From the NCBI GenBank assembly GCA_963713615.1, contig CAVQMM010000001.1, forward strand, positions 896,001 through 960,000: 64,000 nt of DNA, in the 5' to 3' direction. Below the pieces are notes generated by a model. That model ran no database searches, was not told the origin of the DNA, and was given only the letters and a program-made list of their open reading frames with translations. How positions within the stretch are numbered: the stretch's first letter is position 1; the number at the start of each line of letters is the position of its first letter. Source of the DNA: an uncultured Chlamydiae bacterium. GTDB taxonomy: Bacteria > Chlamydiota > Chlamydiia > Chlamydiales > JAJFMA01. The position numbers and the translations under genes are program-made. This document shows, piece after piece, positions 1 to 9,654 of this stretch.

Positions 1-545
1 CGTTCGGAGCATTGTTTTCCTATATTAGCGGATCTCACTATGTATTTTTAAATCTAATGGGTTATTCACCTCAAATATTTGGATGGATATTTGCTGTAGC
101 TGCCATTGGCTATGTTCTCGGCGCATTTGCAAGTGGCCGATTAATATCCCGCTTTGGCATGGATTCAATCTTTCGCATTGGAATTATAAGTCTTGTAAGT
201 GGGGGAATGATCATGACGCTGTCGTGTTACTATTTCCCTCTTAATGCCTTAGCCATTGTAATGCCACAACTTGTGTGCGAATTTGGTATTTCCATTGTCG
301 TTCCAATAGCTGTTACCAAAGCTTTGCAGCCAATACCGCAATATGCAGGTGCTGGTTCTGCATTAATCGGTTTTCTACGATTTCTGTTGGCTGCAATGGG
401 TAGTTATTTTTCACTGCTAATTCGAAATGAGACTGCCATGCCATTGGCGGTAGTCATATTGGGATTTTCTTTATGTTCGTTAGTGGCTTCAGCATTTCCC
501 ACATATTTGGCTGTATATCGTCTAAGACGTAATCAAAGCTGTTAA
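1..545 (+). CDS. Bcr/CflA-type MFS transporter, C-terminal part (5' truncated by window edge)
   Basis: Multiple hydrophobic TM segments; motifs FSYISGS...G.SPQ.FG..F and AGAGSAL.G typical of Bcr/CflA. Confidence 0.8.
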   Translation, partial: FGALFSYISGSHYVFLNLMGYSPQIFGWIFAVAAIGYVLGAFASGRLISRFGMDSIFRIGIISLVSGGMIMTLSCYYFPLNALAIVMPQLVCEFGISIVVPIAVTKALQPIPQYAGAGSALIGFLRFLLAAMGSYFSLLIRNETAMPLAVVILGFSLCSLVASAFPTYLAVYRLRRNQSC

Positions 546-600
546 ACAACCTCGATGCTGAGTTTCTGTTGCTGAAGATCCTGAACATCTGGTTTTCTAT
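542..600 (+). pseudogene. Short degenerate fragment of a urocanate hydratase gene
   Basis: Encodes LNNLDAE[5-bp insertion]VAEDPEHLVFY, matching hutU 1117-1170 ([18 protein letters not shown]). Confidence 0.7.
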
Positions 601-663
601 TTTGGATTGGTCCATTCCTAAGTCCATCCAAGAATAGGTCTAGTGGACGATATGGACAGTAAT

Positions 664-886
664 GAGGTAATTGCAGAAGTCCGATTCTCCGAAGTCAATT
701 TCCTGAAAATCGGATGCCGGTGAAGAGAGAGTCATTCCCTTCCCAGGCCCGAAGGGTCGATATTGCAACAGGCCATGGCATCGCCATGGTATATGCCAGG
801 AGAGGATTTCGCAGTCTGAAAGACTGCCACAAGAGGCTGGTTTGCATAGACCATTTATGCATGCCTTTTATCGCAGTCTTTCAGAC
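664..886. repeat. Repeat family A left end plus partial family B palindrome (truncated copy; empty site for MITE C)
   Basis: gaggtaattgcagaagtccgatt... near-identical to copies starting at 30696 and 42906. Confidence 0.85.
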
Positions 887-996
887 CTAGCGATGCTACA
901 TGTCTGCGTGAAACTTTCAATCACACCCCGCATCCAGCACAATGTTTGACAGGAGCGCTTCATACCAGTATGTTGAAATCTTTAAGGGGGTTGCTT

Positions 997-2682
997 ATGC
1001 CTACAATATTATCTGAATTTTTGGCTAACTACGCATCGCATCCGCATTATCGGGCGCCTCGTGGTAGCGACCTTAATGCACATTCCTGGCAGACAGAAGC
1101 CCCCCTTAGGATGCTTTTAAACAACCTAGATGCTGAGGTTGCTGAAGATCCCGAAAATCTGATCGTTTACGGCGGCACAGGGCAAGCTGCCCGCGATGTG
1201 CCCAGCTTACGTAAGATTATTGAAGCTCTCCTCAATCTGCATGACGATGAAAGTCTACTCATACAATCTGGTAAGCCGGTAGCGATCCTTCCAACCCACC
1301 ATGAGGCTCCGCGGGTATTGATCGCTAACAGCAACCTGGTCCCTCATTGGGCCACCTGGGAGCACTTCCATCAACTGCGCGAGCGTGGGCTGATCATGTT
1401 TGGTCAAATGACCGCTGGAAGCTGGATCTACATCGGCACTCAGGGTATCCTACAGGGCACCTATGAGACCTTTGGATCGTTAGCACATCGTCATTTTGAT
1501 GGTTCTCTGCGCGGACGCCTCATTGTCTCCGGCGGGCTCGGGGGTATGGGCGGAGCCCAACCTCTCGCTGCCACGCTTAACGATGCCGTATTTCTTGGGG
1601 TGGACGTCGATGCAGCCCGCATTGAGAAGCGTCTAAAAACACGCTATCTCGACCGCATGACGCATAGTTATGCGGAAGCTCTCGCCTGGATTCTCGATGC
1701 CAAGAAGGCCAAAAAGGCTCTTTCAGTAGGTCTAGTAGGAAATATTGGCACCACCTTAAATCATTTGTTGACGGACCAGGTATCTGTGGATGTGGTGACA
1801 GACCAAACCGCCGCCCATGACCCTCTAAATGGTTATGTGCCCAGTGGCTTGTCGCTTGAGAACGCTGCAACCCTGCGAAAGAATAATCCAGAAGAATATC
1901 AACGTCAGTCGTTGCAAAGTATGGCGCGCCATGTGGAAGCCATTCTCGAGTTCAAAAAGCGCGGAGCGATCGTCTTTGAGTATGGTAATAACCTACGTCA
2001 GTTTGCCAAAAAAGGAGGAGCACAGGACGCCTTCACAATTCCAGGATTCGTTCCCGAGTACATCCGACCACTTTTTTGCGAAGGCAAGGGACCTTTCCGT
2101 TGGGCGGCTTTATCGGGAGATCCTGAGGATATTTACCGCACCGACGAAGCCCTAACTAAGCTCTTTCCCTATGATGCGCGCCTGATTAATTGGCTAGAGG
2201 AAGCTGGAAAAAAAGTGGCTTTTCAGGGATTACCCGCACGTATCTGTTGGCTAGGATTAGGAGACAGAGTAAAAGCTGGCCTAGCCTTTAACGAACTCGT
2301 TCGCAGTGGAGTACTAAAAGCCCCGGTGGTCATCGGGCGCGACCACCTCGACTGCGGTTCGGTAGCTTCGCCCTTTCGAGAGACCGAGGGGATGAAGGAT
2401 GGCAGTGACGCTATCTCTGATTGGCCATTGTTGAATCTCTTGGCAAACTGTTCGGGAGGCGCCACCTGGGTGTCCTTTCATCATGGAGGAGGCGTTGGGA
2501 TGGGATATTCCCAGCATGCCGGTATGGTCATAGTGGCCGATGGCTCACAGCGCGCGGAGCACTGCCTACGACGTGTATTGCATAACGATCCCGCCTTAGG
2601 CGTCATTCGTCATGCTGATGCCGGTTATGAAGAAGCGCAAAGGGTTGCCGATGCAGCGAAACTCAAAACGTTCAATAAATAG
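997..2682 (+). CDS. hutU: Urocanate hydratase
   Basis: Motifs [64 protein letters not shown] at 997 chosen over upstream TTG. Confidence 0.97.
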   Translation: MPTILSEFLANYASHPHYRAPRGSDLNAHSWQTEAPLRMLLNNLDAEVAEDPENLIVYGGTGQAARDVPSLRKIIEALLNLHDDESLLIQSGKPVAILPTHHEAPRVLIANSNLVPHWATWEHFHQLRERGLIMFGQMTAGSWIYIGTQGILQGTYETFGSLAHRHFDGSLRGRLIVSGGLGGMGGAQPLAATLNDAVFLGVDVDAARIEKRLKTRYLDRMTHSYAEALAWILDAKKAKKALSVGLVGNIGTTLNHLLTDQVSVDVVTDQTAAHDPLNGYVPSGLSLENAATLRKNNPEEYQRQSLQSMARHVEAILEFKKRGAIVFEYGNNLRQFAKKGGAQDAFTIPGFVPEYIRPLFCEGKGPFRWAALSGDPEDIYRTDEALTKLFPYDARLINWLEEAGKKVAFQGLPARICWLGLGDRVKAGLAFNELVRSGVLKAPVVIGRDHLDCGSVASPFRETEGMKDGSDAISDWPLLNLLANCSGGATWVSFHHGGGVGMGYSQHAGMVIVADGSQRAEHCLRRVLHNDPALGVIRHADAGYEEAQRVADAAKLKTFNK

Positions 2683-2777
2683 GTAAGAATTGGTTTTGGG
2701 CAGAGAAAATACGTGTTAAGTTTTCGGTAGAGTACTAGCTGACGTTCTTGCTAGACTTATAGCTAAAAGGACGTGCA

Positions 2778-3839
2778 ATGACCGAATTCCCGAAGAATAC
2801 TAAACTTTTCTATGCCGCATTGGTTCGCAAAGACCCTGCATTTGAAGGGCAATTCATTGCTGCCGTAAAAACAACGGGAATTTTCTGCCGTCCTACCTGC
2901 ACCGCACGAAAGCCAAAAATCGACAACGTAGAGTTCTTTGCTACTGCACAAGGAGCCCTAACCAATGGCTATAGGCCCTGCAAAATCTGTAAGCCCCTGG
3001 AAAGCGCTGGTGAAGTTCCAGAGGAAATCAAGAGTCTTCTGCTTGAGCTCGACATACATCCACAAGACAAAATTTCCGATTATGCTCTCTCTCAAAGAGG
3101 CATCGAGCCCAACCGAATCCGACGTTGGTTTCAACGAAATCATGGCATGACCTTTCAGGCTTATCAGAGGCTTCTAAGAATCAACGGGGCATTAAAACAA
3201 ATCAAAAGTGGAGCCAAAGTGATCGATGCTGCATTCGACTCAGGTTATGAGTCGCTGAGCGGTTTTAATCATTCATTTAAAAGGGCCACTTCCAAAAAGC
3301 CCAATGAAAGCCGAGATGCTGCTTGCTTGACCTTTCTCCGTTTTGCGACACCCATTGGGCCAATGATAACGGTTGCCACTGAGGAAGGAATCGGCCTTTT
3401 AGAGTTTACTGACCGACGTATGCTTGAGACCGAACTGAAATTTCTCGAAAAGCATTTTCAATCGACCATTCTGCCTGGCACCAACTCACATATTGAAAAA
3501 TTACAAACTCAGTTGGCTGAGTATTTTCTAGGAACACGAAAAGACTTCAATATTGCGCTGGTCACTCCAGGAACAGACTTCCAACGAAAAACCTGGATGG
3601 TTCTGCAAGACATCCCCTATGGCATGACACGTTCCTATAAAGAACAGGCGGTAGCAATTGGAAACCCCGCGGCAGTGCGGGCTGTCGCTAAAGCTAATGG
3701 AGATAATCGCATCTCTATCCTCATTCCATGCCATCGTGTGATTGGGTCAGACGGAAAGTTAACTGGCTATGGGGGTGGACTCTGGAGAAAGAAATGGCTC
3801 CTAGAACTCGAAGGCCAGAAGATGGGGCAAGGACAATGA
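2778..3839 (+). CDS. ada: Bifunctional Ada: Zn-binding/AraC regulator fused to O6-methylguanine methyltransferase
   Basis: TTGIFCRPTC and YRPCKIC Zn motifs, AraC-type HTH, C-terminal PCHRV active site. Confidence 0.93.
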   Translation: MTEFPKNTKLFYAALVRKDPAFEGQFIAAVKTTGIFCRPTCTARKPKIDNVEFFATAQGALTNGYRPCKICKPLESAGEVPEEIKSLLLELDIHPQDKISDYALSQRGIEPNRIRRWFQRNHGMTFQAYQRLLRINGALKQIKSGAKVIDAAFDSGYESLSGFNHSFKRATSKKPNESRDAACLTFLRFATPIGPMITVATEEGIGLLEFTDRRMLETELKFLEKHFQSTILPGTNSHIEKLQTQLAEYFLGTRKDFNIALVTPGTDFQRKTWMVLQDIPYGMTRSYKEQAVAIGNPAAVRAVAKANGDNRISILIPCHRVIGSDGKLTGYGGGLWRKKWLLELEGQKMGQGQ

Positions 3840-4082
3840 AAGCCCTCACAATCGTATATCGGCGCGCAGCGCTTTGGAGCCCCAAAAGTAATAAGGCCTC
3901 CTATGTGGCGCAGTCATTCCATGCATAGAGTGTTGCCTCACAATCGTTACTCGGCGCGCAGCGCTTTAGTAGGTAAGGGGCAGGGTTTCCCCAGCCCCTC
4001 CCTGTTATCGCAATAGGGTCAATTCCCTATATTTACCGGTATGCATCTTTCTCGCACCGGGCGATGCCCCACTGGTTGCCTA

Positions 4083-4900
4083 TTAGGGAACACAACCGAC
4101 ATTCATCCTCTTTCGACACAACTGAATACAACTCAGTATTCCAAGGCGGCGTAGATGCTTCAATTTCAACCGCAGGTTGTCACGCTTGCTGATACGTTTG
4201 TATTTCATGCAGCGCAAGCGTTTCCTGAGCCAACAGTCAGTGGTTACAAAGAACTTTTTGACTGCTGCTAACGGATGACTGAAGTAATTCACCGTCCCAC
4301 GCACTACTTGGTTTAGTTTCTCAACGGCCTTAGCATCTAAGTTCCGACTTCGGATCGTACAATTCCGTACTGCATCGCGCAATTTCTCCTTGGACTTTTC
4401 TCTTATGGTGATATGTCTGGAGGTAAAATGAAAACCTAGGAAGTCAAAGCCCTCTGAAGCATGACAAATCTTCGTCTTCTCGGGGCTTAACTCCAAAGAC
4501 ATCTCATCTTCCAGTATTCTCCTGGATAAGTCTAGGGCCTCCTTTGCCTGCATTTCAGTTCGACACAGAATAACAAAATCATCCGCATAGCGAACGAATT
4601 TGTAGCCATGACGTTCCAATTCGTGATCAAGGCGATTAAGAACAATATTGGCAAGCAGAGGAGAGATGACACCTCCCTGCGGCGTACCTTTTATGGTTGG
4701 CCGTAATTGTCCTTCCTCCATCACGCCAGACTTAAGAAATCGTTCGATGAGTTGTAGAATGTTACCATCAGCGATTTCGGAGGCTACTTCTGCCATCATC
4801 AGTTTGTGTGGAATGTTATCAAAGAAACCCTTGATATCGGCATCCACAACATATTTGTAACCCTGTGAAAGATATTCTTTCACCAGAGAGACAGTCTTGG
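4083..4900 (-). pseudogene. ltrA: Group II intron reverse transcriptase/maturase, N-terminally truncated, no endonuclease domain
   Basis: VVDADIKGFFDNI, GTPQGGVISPLLANI, RYADDF, GFDFLGF and X domain (LNQVVRGTVNYF); RT0-2 absent. Confidence 0.9.
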
Positions 4901-5214
4901 GTAGCCAACACGTAGCAGCCTTCCACAACTCGTAACAGCAATACCTTAAGTGACCTATGCATGACCAACATGTTGCAATTTCCAGTGCTTGATTGCCAAA
5001 CATTGTAGTCATTTGCACCAAAATTGCACCAAAAAAAAGAAAGCCCAGGAGGCCACGTCAAAAAAGATAAGGACTAGGTGTAAGAGAAAATTTAAAAGAA
5101 GCCGGATGCCATCAGGGTCGTTTTGGATACTGAAAAGATGTATACAAAAATTAGCATCACTTTTCATTGATTTTCTATCCCAACTTATCTAAAATAATGG
5201 AAAACGGAGACCTG

Positions 5215-5448
5215 ATGACATACAAGCCCATGGATCCGAAGATATTTAAAAAATACCTAAGACTATTGGGTTGGTCGATTCGCAAGTCTCGTGTTGATTG
5301 GTCTGTATACGATGAAAATGGAGACTTCGTATGTTCCATAATAATTTCTCATGGAAACACCAAGTCTGAAGTAGTTGCTCACAGCGTCCACAAGGTAAAG
5401 ACAAAAGTTATTGAAAAGGGGAAAACATGGCCGCCAACAAAGAGTTAG
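5215..5448 (+). CDS. Putative HicA-like toxin
   Basis: Small basic protein with K.L..LGW and a His-containing ISHG strand; RBS ggaga; overlaps next ORF. Confidence 0.5.
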   Translation: MTYKPMDPKIFKKYLRLLGWSIRKSRVDWSVYDENGDFVCSIIISHGNTKSEVVAHSVHKVKTKVIEKGKTWPPTKS

Positions 5449-5834
5449 CCGAACACTTGGCTTTGGCCCTAGGAGAGGTTGGGGAAATACAGCCATGGTA
5501 TGATCGCAAATTCAAGGCTTGGGTATTCTCTCATAAGCTTTACCCAAACGTAGAATATGCCGGTCAATCCAAGCAGGAGGTCATCGAAAGATATCCTCTC
5601 TATTTAAAAGAATTTATTTATCATCGCCTAAACGACACTTTAAGCCCTTTATCCGAACGCGGAACCCGTGGCAAAGGGGGTTACCGAATTGGGGCCGGTC
5701 GCCCGAAAGGTTCAACGACAGAGCCCAAAAAACGAGTCTATCTTCCCGCTGAACTTGCAGACTGGATTTCTGAGTATTCTCACTTGGAGATGGTTCGTAA
5801 AATGATGCTTAAAGATAAATCCAAAGCATCTTGA
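5427..5834 (+). CDS. Putative HicB-like antitoxin with C-terminal DNA-binding segment
   Basis: YPNVEYAGQSKQEVIE resembles HicB N-domain; GGYRIGAGRPKG followed by RVYLP (RHH-like). Confidence 0.5.
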   Translation: MAANKELAEHLALALGEVGEIQPWYDRKFKAWVFSHKLYPNVEYAGQSKQEVIERYPLYLKEFIYHRLNDTLSPLSERGTRGKGGYRIGAGRPKGSTTEPKKRVYLPAELADWISEYSHLEMVRKMMLKDKSKAS

Positions 5835-5899
5835 TGAATACCGCCAAAATTATCGCCTGTAAGCCTCAGCCAGGGTATAAGGTGTGGATTCGCTTTGAT

Positions 5900-6110
5900 G
5901 ATGGTTAGGCTAGACAATAGATAACGTCGGTGTCCCTTGGGTGTACGCTCAACCTGGATTTTGCCAGCAGCCTCCCAACGACGGAGTGTAGCCTCGTGTA
6001 CGCCAAGTTCCTGAGCTGCTTTCTTGATACTCACCTTCATGCGCTAAAATCTATGCAATTTGCATAGAGTTGTCAAGAAATATATAGATTTTTGGCAGCT
6101 GCTGCCAACC
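5900..6110 (-). mobile_element. IS607-family remnant (left end plus MerR-type HTH of TnpA)
   Basis: MKVSIKKAAQELGVHEATLRRWEAAGKIQVERTPKGHRRY at 6040 downward; serine recombinase domain missing; boundaries approximate. Confidence 0.7.
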
Positions 6111-6160
6111 CTATAATTGACGCTACCGTCCTTCCGTTGCCTTGCTTCTATGATAGCCAT
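6107..6160 (-). pseudogene. N-terminal remnant of a tyrosine integrase
   Basis: RBS ggagg then MAIIEARQRKDGSVNYR, a typical integrase arm-binding N-terminus, cut by the IS607 remnant. Confidence 0.55.
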
Positions 6161-6506
6161 GTTGTTGGTCCTCCAATTTGTGTTGAGCCTGTCAGCAGTC
6201 CGCGAAAGCCTACCATCACAGGCAAAAAAATACCACATCAGATTAGCATTCTGATGTGGCTTAGTTCGTAAAAGTCGTTTGTATCGACACTTAGATGTAA
6301 TTCGTTGGGTGGATAAACCCGATTTGGTGCACTTTTGGTGCAGTACAGAAAACAATTGGCACTTTTGAGGATCGATCAAGTGTTGTCTTGTGTTGGGAGC
6401 AAGTGCACCAAAATTGCACCATTTTCGGGACAGCACAAAGTGCAGTCCGATGGGACGTGTCAGGCGATAGGCTTGTGGATGTAGTGTCAGAGGGAAAGGG
6501 AAAGAG

Positions 6507-6562
6507 TGGGGGTGGTTGGAGTCGAACCAACGTAGACCGAAGTCGTCAGATTTACAGCCTGA
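6507..6562 (-). tRNA. 3' fragment of tRNA-Tyr(GTA), att-like and not a complete tRNA
   Basis: tcagg-ctgtaaa-tctga anticodon arm, long variable arm gacttcggtc, T arm gttggttcgactccaac, acceptor 3' strand; no D arm or 5' strand. Confidence 0.8.
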
Positions 6563-7373
6563 TGACAGTTTCTGCCAGCGCCCCTATAGCACATGCTGTC
6601 TATTTGCTACGGGAAAGTCTTGCGACTCCAGCGCTTCGGCTCACTCCAGTGCTTGGCGCGCTAACGTCGGCTGAAACGTGACCCCCCCCATGGTAACGCT
6701 ACCTGACACCTTAACAGCCACACTTACGCATGGTCCTGTCTGCCTCCTCTTTCGAGGCTGGTAACGTCTTCTGCACGGGAAACAGTCCCGCACAGGTAGG
6801 CTTTGGTTGTATTTTACTGCATAAATTACTACCTCATCCGTTTGTGACTTAGTTCTAACATACCCGCGACTCGCGCGGAGTGCGGTCGCTTGCGACCGCT
6901 TTTCGTTCCTTGCGATGGTCATGTGAAACGGCATCACTATCATTCGCTAAGGGTAAAGGGTTAGTACATGCAGCCTAACCGAATCCATACGATGCCGTTT
7001 AGCACTGCCGTCGCAAGGAACCCAAAGCGGTCGCAAGCGACCGCACTCCAAAGCGCTGCGCGCCGAGATACGATTGTGAGTCAAGAAAAAGATGTGTGCA
7101 ACACTATGCATGGAATGACTGCGCCACATAGGAAATTGCGCCAGCCAACCTTTTGAATTACTTGGAAGAGCGTGTCGCTCGCGACCGCTTTGGATTTGGG
7201 TGGCTAGATATTTTACGATCTTGGCTTTATACCGCTCGCTATAGCATTTTATACCATAATCGGCCTAAAACATCGACTGTGGTATACAACAGATTCGCCC
7301 AAATCCAAAGCGCTGCGCGCCGAGCAACGATTGTGAGGGCCTGAATGACCATCGAAACTAAACAGTAAATACT

Positions 7374-8621
7374 ATGCCACCGTTTTCCTCAAAAGGCCAA
7401 AGTCCCACGAAAGTGCTAGGCCCCTTCGCGCAGGTTGTTACCATGGAGGCTTCGCCTTCCAATGGACCGATAAAAGACTCACAACTTCACATCTTCGAAA
7501 ATGTGGGCATCAGCATTTCTGATGGCAAAATACAGGCCATTGCTCCGCTTTCGGATCTATCAGGGCCTCTGGAGGAAATCCCCCAACCTGCTGTGGCACT
7601 GCCGGGTTTTATCGATGCCCATACACACCTCTGCTTTGCGGGATCGCGCTGTCACGACTATGCCATGCGTCTTAACGGTATCGGCTATGAAGAGATTGCA
7701 GCATCGGGCGGAGGAATCCTAGACACTGTTCGCCAAACACGCAATGCTTCTCTAGAAGAACTCACGGCACTGACCAGCGCCCGACTACTACAAGTGGCTG
7801 GTCATGGAGTAACCACCTGCGAGGTCAAAAGCGGGTATGGTCTTTCACTTGAATCAGAGCTCAAAATTCTGAGGTCTATCGCTAAAGCCTCTAAGGAACA
7901 ATGTGTCTCTGTGATTCCGACTTGTTTAGCAGCTCACACTCTACCTCCCGAATTCAACAGTACAACAACCTATCTAAATTATATTCTGGAGCATATCCTC
8001 CCTATCATCCAGGCTGAAGGACTAGCCCAGCGTGTCGACATCTTTGTCGACGACAGTGCCTTTGGTGTTGCGGAAGCAATCGAATACCTCAAAAAAGCCA
8101 AGCACATAGGCTTTGCCGTCTGTGTTCATGCGGATCAGTTTTCCCGCGGCGGCGTTCAAGTAGCTACGGCGGTCAACGCCTTGAGCGCCGACCATCTCGA
8201 GCAATCAAAATCCGCTGACTTCACTGCAATGCAAAAAGCTGGGGTTATCCCTATAGTGCTACCAGGAGCCTCTCTGGGTCTTGGTATGCCGTTTCCACCG
8301 GCGCGTGCGATCCTAGATCATCACTTACCCCTAGTTATCGCTTCAGACTGGAATCCTGGTTCAGGGCCCATGGGAGATCTGCTGACGCAAGCGGCTCTGC
8401 TAGGTGCGGCTCAGTGCCTCACAATGGCTGAAACGTTGGCAGCCATAACCGTACGTGCCGCTAGAGCTTTGGCACTGACAGACCGAGGAGCTTTAGTTTC
8501 TGGTTTGCGTGCCGATCTGGCGCTGTTCCCCTGTTCCGACTACCGTGAAATCCTCTACCACCAAGGTAGCCTAAAACCTTTTGCCACCTACATCCATGGG
8601 AGTCGCACCGATGGCTTTTGA
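7374..8621 (+). CDS. hutI: Imidazolonepropionase
   Basis: PGFIDAHTH, EVKSGYGL, HADQF, SADHLE, ASDWNPGS. Confidence 0.95.
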   Translation: MPPFSSKGQSPTKVLGPFAQVVTMEASPSNGPIKDSQLHIFENVGISISDGKIQAIAPLSDLSGPLEEIPQPAVALPGFIDAHTHLCFAGSRCHDYAMRLNGIGYEEIAASGGGILDTVRQTRNASLEELTALTSARLLQVAGHGVTTCEVKSGYGLSLESELKILRSIAKASKEQCVSVIPTCLAAHTLPPEFNSTTTYLNYILEHILPIIQAEGLAQRVDIFVDDSAFGVAEAIEYLKKAKHIGFAVCVHADQFSRGGVQVATAVNALSADHLEQSKSADFTAMQKAGVIPIVLPGASLGLGMPFPPARAILDHHLPLVIASDWNPGSGPMGDLLTQAALLGAAQCLTMAETLAAITVRAARALALTDRGALVSGLRADLALFPCSDYREILYHQGSLKPFATYIHGSRTDGF

Positions 8622-9582
8622 GCGATCCGATTGGCACGAACGTTATCACACGACCTCTCCAAATGTCTGGCATGGACGAAAGGATGGTCCCGGCGCTCCG
8701 CGCTTCCATGAGGTCGTGCAGGTCCTCAACCTGAATAATGGTCTTTCATCTCTACAAAAAGGCATTGCCCTCATCGGCTTTGCTTGTGACGAAGGAATCA
8801 AAAGAAATCAAGGTCGCGTAGGAGCAGCTAAAGGCCCCGAAGCCCTGAGAGAAGCTCTGGGCAAGCTTGCGTTTCATGGGAACGCGCCTGTCTATGACCT
8901 CGGGGATGTAGTCTGTACCGATGGCCATCTAGAAGCCTCTCAGATCGCCCTTGCTGCTATAGTAGCAAAAACCTGGGACGCTGGATTGATGCCGATCGTT
9001 CTTGGAGGGGGTCATGAAGTCGCTTGGGGACACTACCAAGGGCTTGCGTCTGCTTACCCCTCCCAACGCATGGGCATTATTAACATCGATGCACACTATG
9101 ATCTAAGACCCTGTTTAGCAGGGCAAGGGTCATCAGGCACCTCTTTCACACAAATTGCCCAACATCGTCAGGCACTGGGATTACCATTCGAGTACGCGTG
9201 CATTGGCATTCAGCCCTTGGGAAACACTCAAGCCCTTTTTGAAACAGCCCTCCAATTGGGCGTTGAGACAGTGACAGCATCAGACATTTATCAGCAAGGT
9301 ATTGGACAAGCCTTAGCAACTGTCGACTACCTCATTAGTAAGTGCGAGGTCATTTACCTAACCTTGTGCATGGATGTTTTTGGATCTGCGTTCGCCCCAG
9401 GGGTAAGCGCTCCGCAACCGCTAGGAATGATGCCTTGGCAAGTACAAGCGATCGTCGCTCACGTTCGTACCAGCGGCAAACTCATAGGGTTCGATGTGGC
9501 AGAGTTATCGCCACCGTTCGACCGCGACTCTCATACGGCGATGTTAGCAGCGGCTATGGTTGCTACCATCACGCTCGTGTAA
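8611..9582 (+). CDS. hutG: Formimidoylglutamase (arginase family)
   Basis: GFACDEGI.RNQGR.GA, GGGHEVAWG, NIDAHYDLR, APGVSAP, DVAELSP. Confidence 0.93.
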   Translation: MAFERSDWHERYHTTSPNVWHGRKDGPGAPRFHEVVQVLNLNNGLSSLQKGIALIGFACDEGIKRNQGRVGAAKGPEALREALGKLAFHGNAPVYDLGDVVCTDGHLEASQIALAAIVAKTWDAGLMPIVLGGGHEVAWGHYQGLASAYPSQRMGIINIDAHYDLRPCLAGQGSSGTSFTQIAQHRQALGLPFEYACIGIQPLGNTQALFETALQLGVETVTASDIYQQGIGQALATVDYLISKCEVIYLTLCMDVFGSAFAPGVSAPQPLGMMPWQVQAIVAHVRTSGKLIGFDVAELSPPFDRDSHTAMLAAAMVATITLV

Positions 9583-9654
9583 ATATTTAATGCACAGCCC
9601 CATGGTCTGTCGCGCACAATCACCAGAAAATGGATTTTTCTCTATTCACCAAAG

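Larger units (their letters stand above)
3968..6876 (-). mobile_element. Group II intron, internally disrupted
   Basis: 5' end GCGCG at 6876; 3' domain V/VI (ggggc-tggg-gaaa-ccct-gcccc...cctact) ending at 3968; RT/maturase ORF; no target duplication. Confidence 0.85.
3937..7080. repeat. REP-like doublet (family D) split by the group II intron
   Basis: Joining 3967 to 6877 restores the consensus gcgcttt|ggagtgcggtcgcttgcgaccgc seen intact at 16.7, 20.3 and 30.9 kb. Confidence 0.9.
3899..7133. repeat. Family G inverted arms (30 bp perfect)
   Basis: tcctatgtggcgcagtcattccatgcatag (3899-3928) is the reverse complement of 7104-7133; related copy at about 29645-29673. Confidence 0.8.
3842..7340. 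repeat. Outer degenerate REP-doublet (family D) arms enclosing the whole nested insertion
   Basis: gccctcacaatcg...gcgctttgga (3842-3878) is inverted to tccaaagcgctgcgcgccgag...ttgtgagggc (about 7304-7340). Confidence 0.7.

Noticed and set aside
4083..5021. Retron, DGR or defence-type reverse transcriptase
   Set aside because: YADD, X domain and adjacent domain V/VI identify a group II intron; no template/variable repeat pair or msr-msd seen. The first 40 or so codons of the listed ORF are not RT sequence.
6507..6562. Functional tRNA-Tyr gene
   Set aside because: 5' acceptor strand and D arm are absent; upstream sequence is intron-like, so it is treated as an att fragment.
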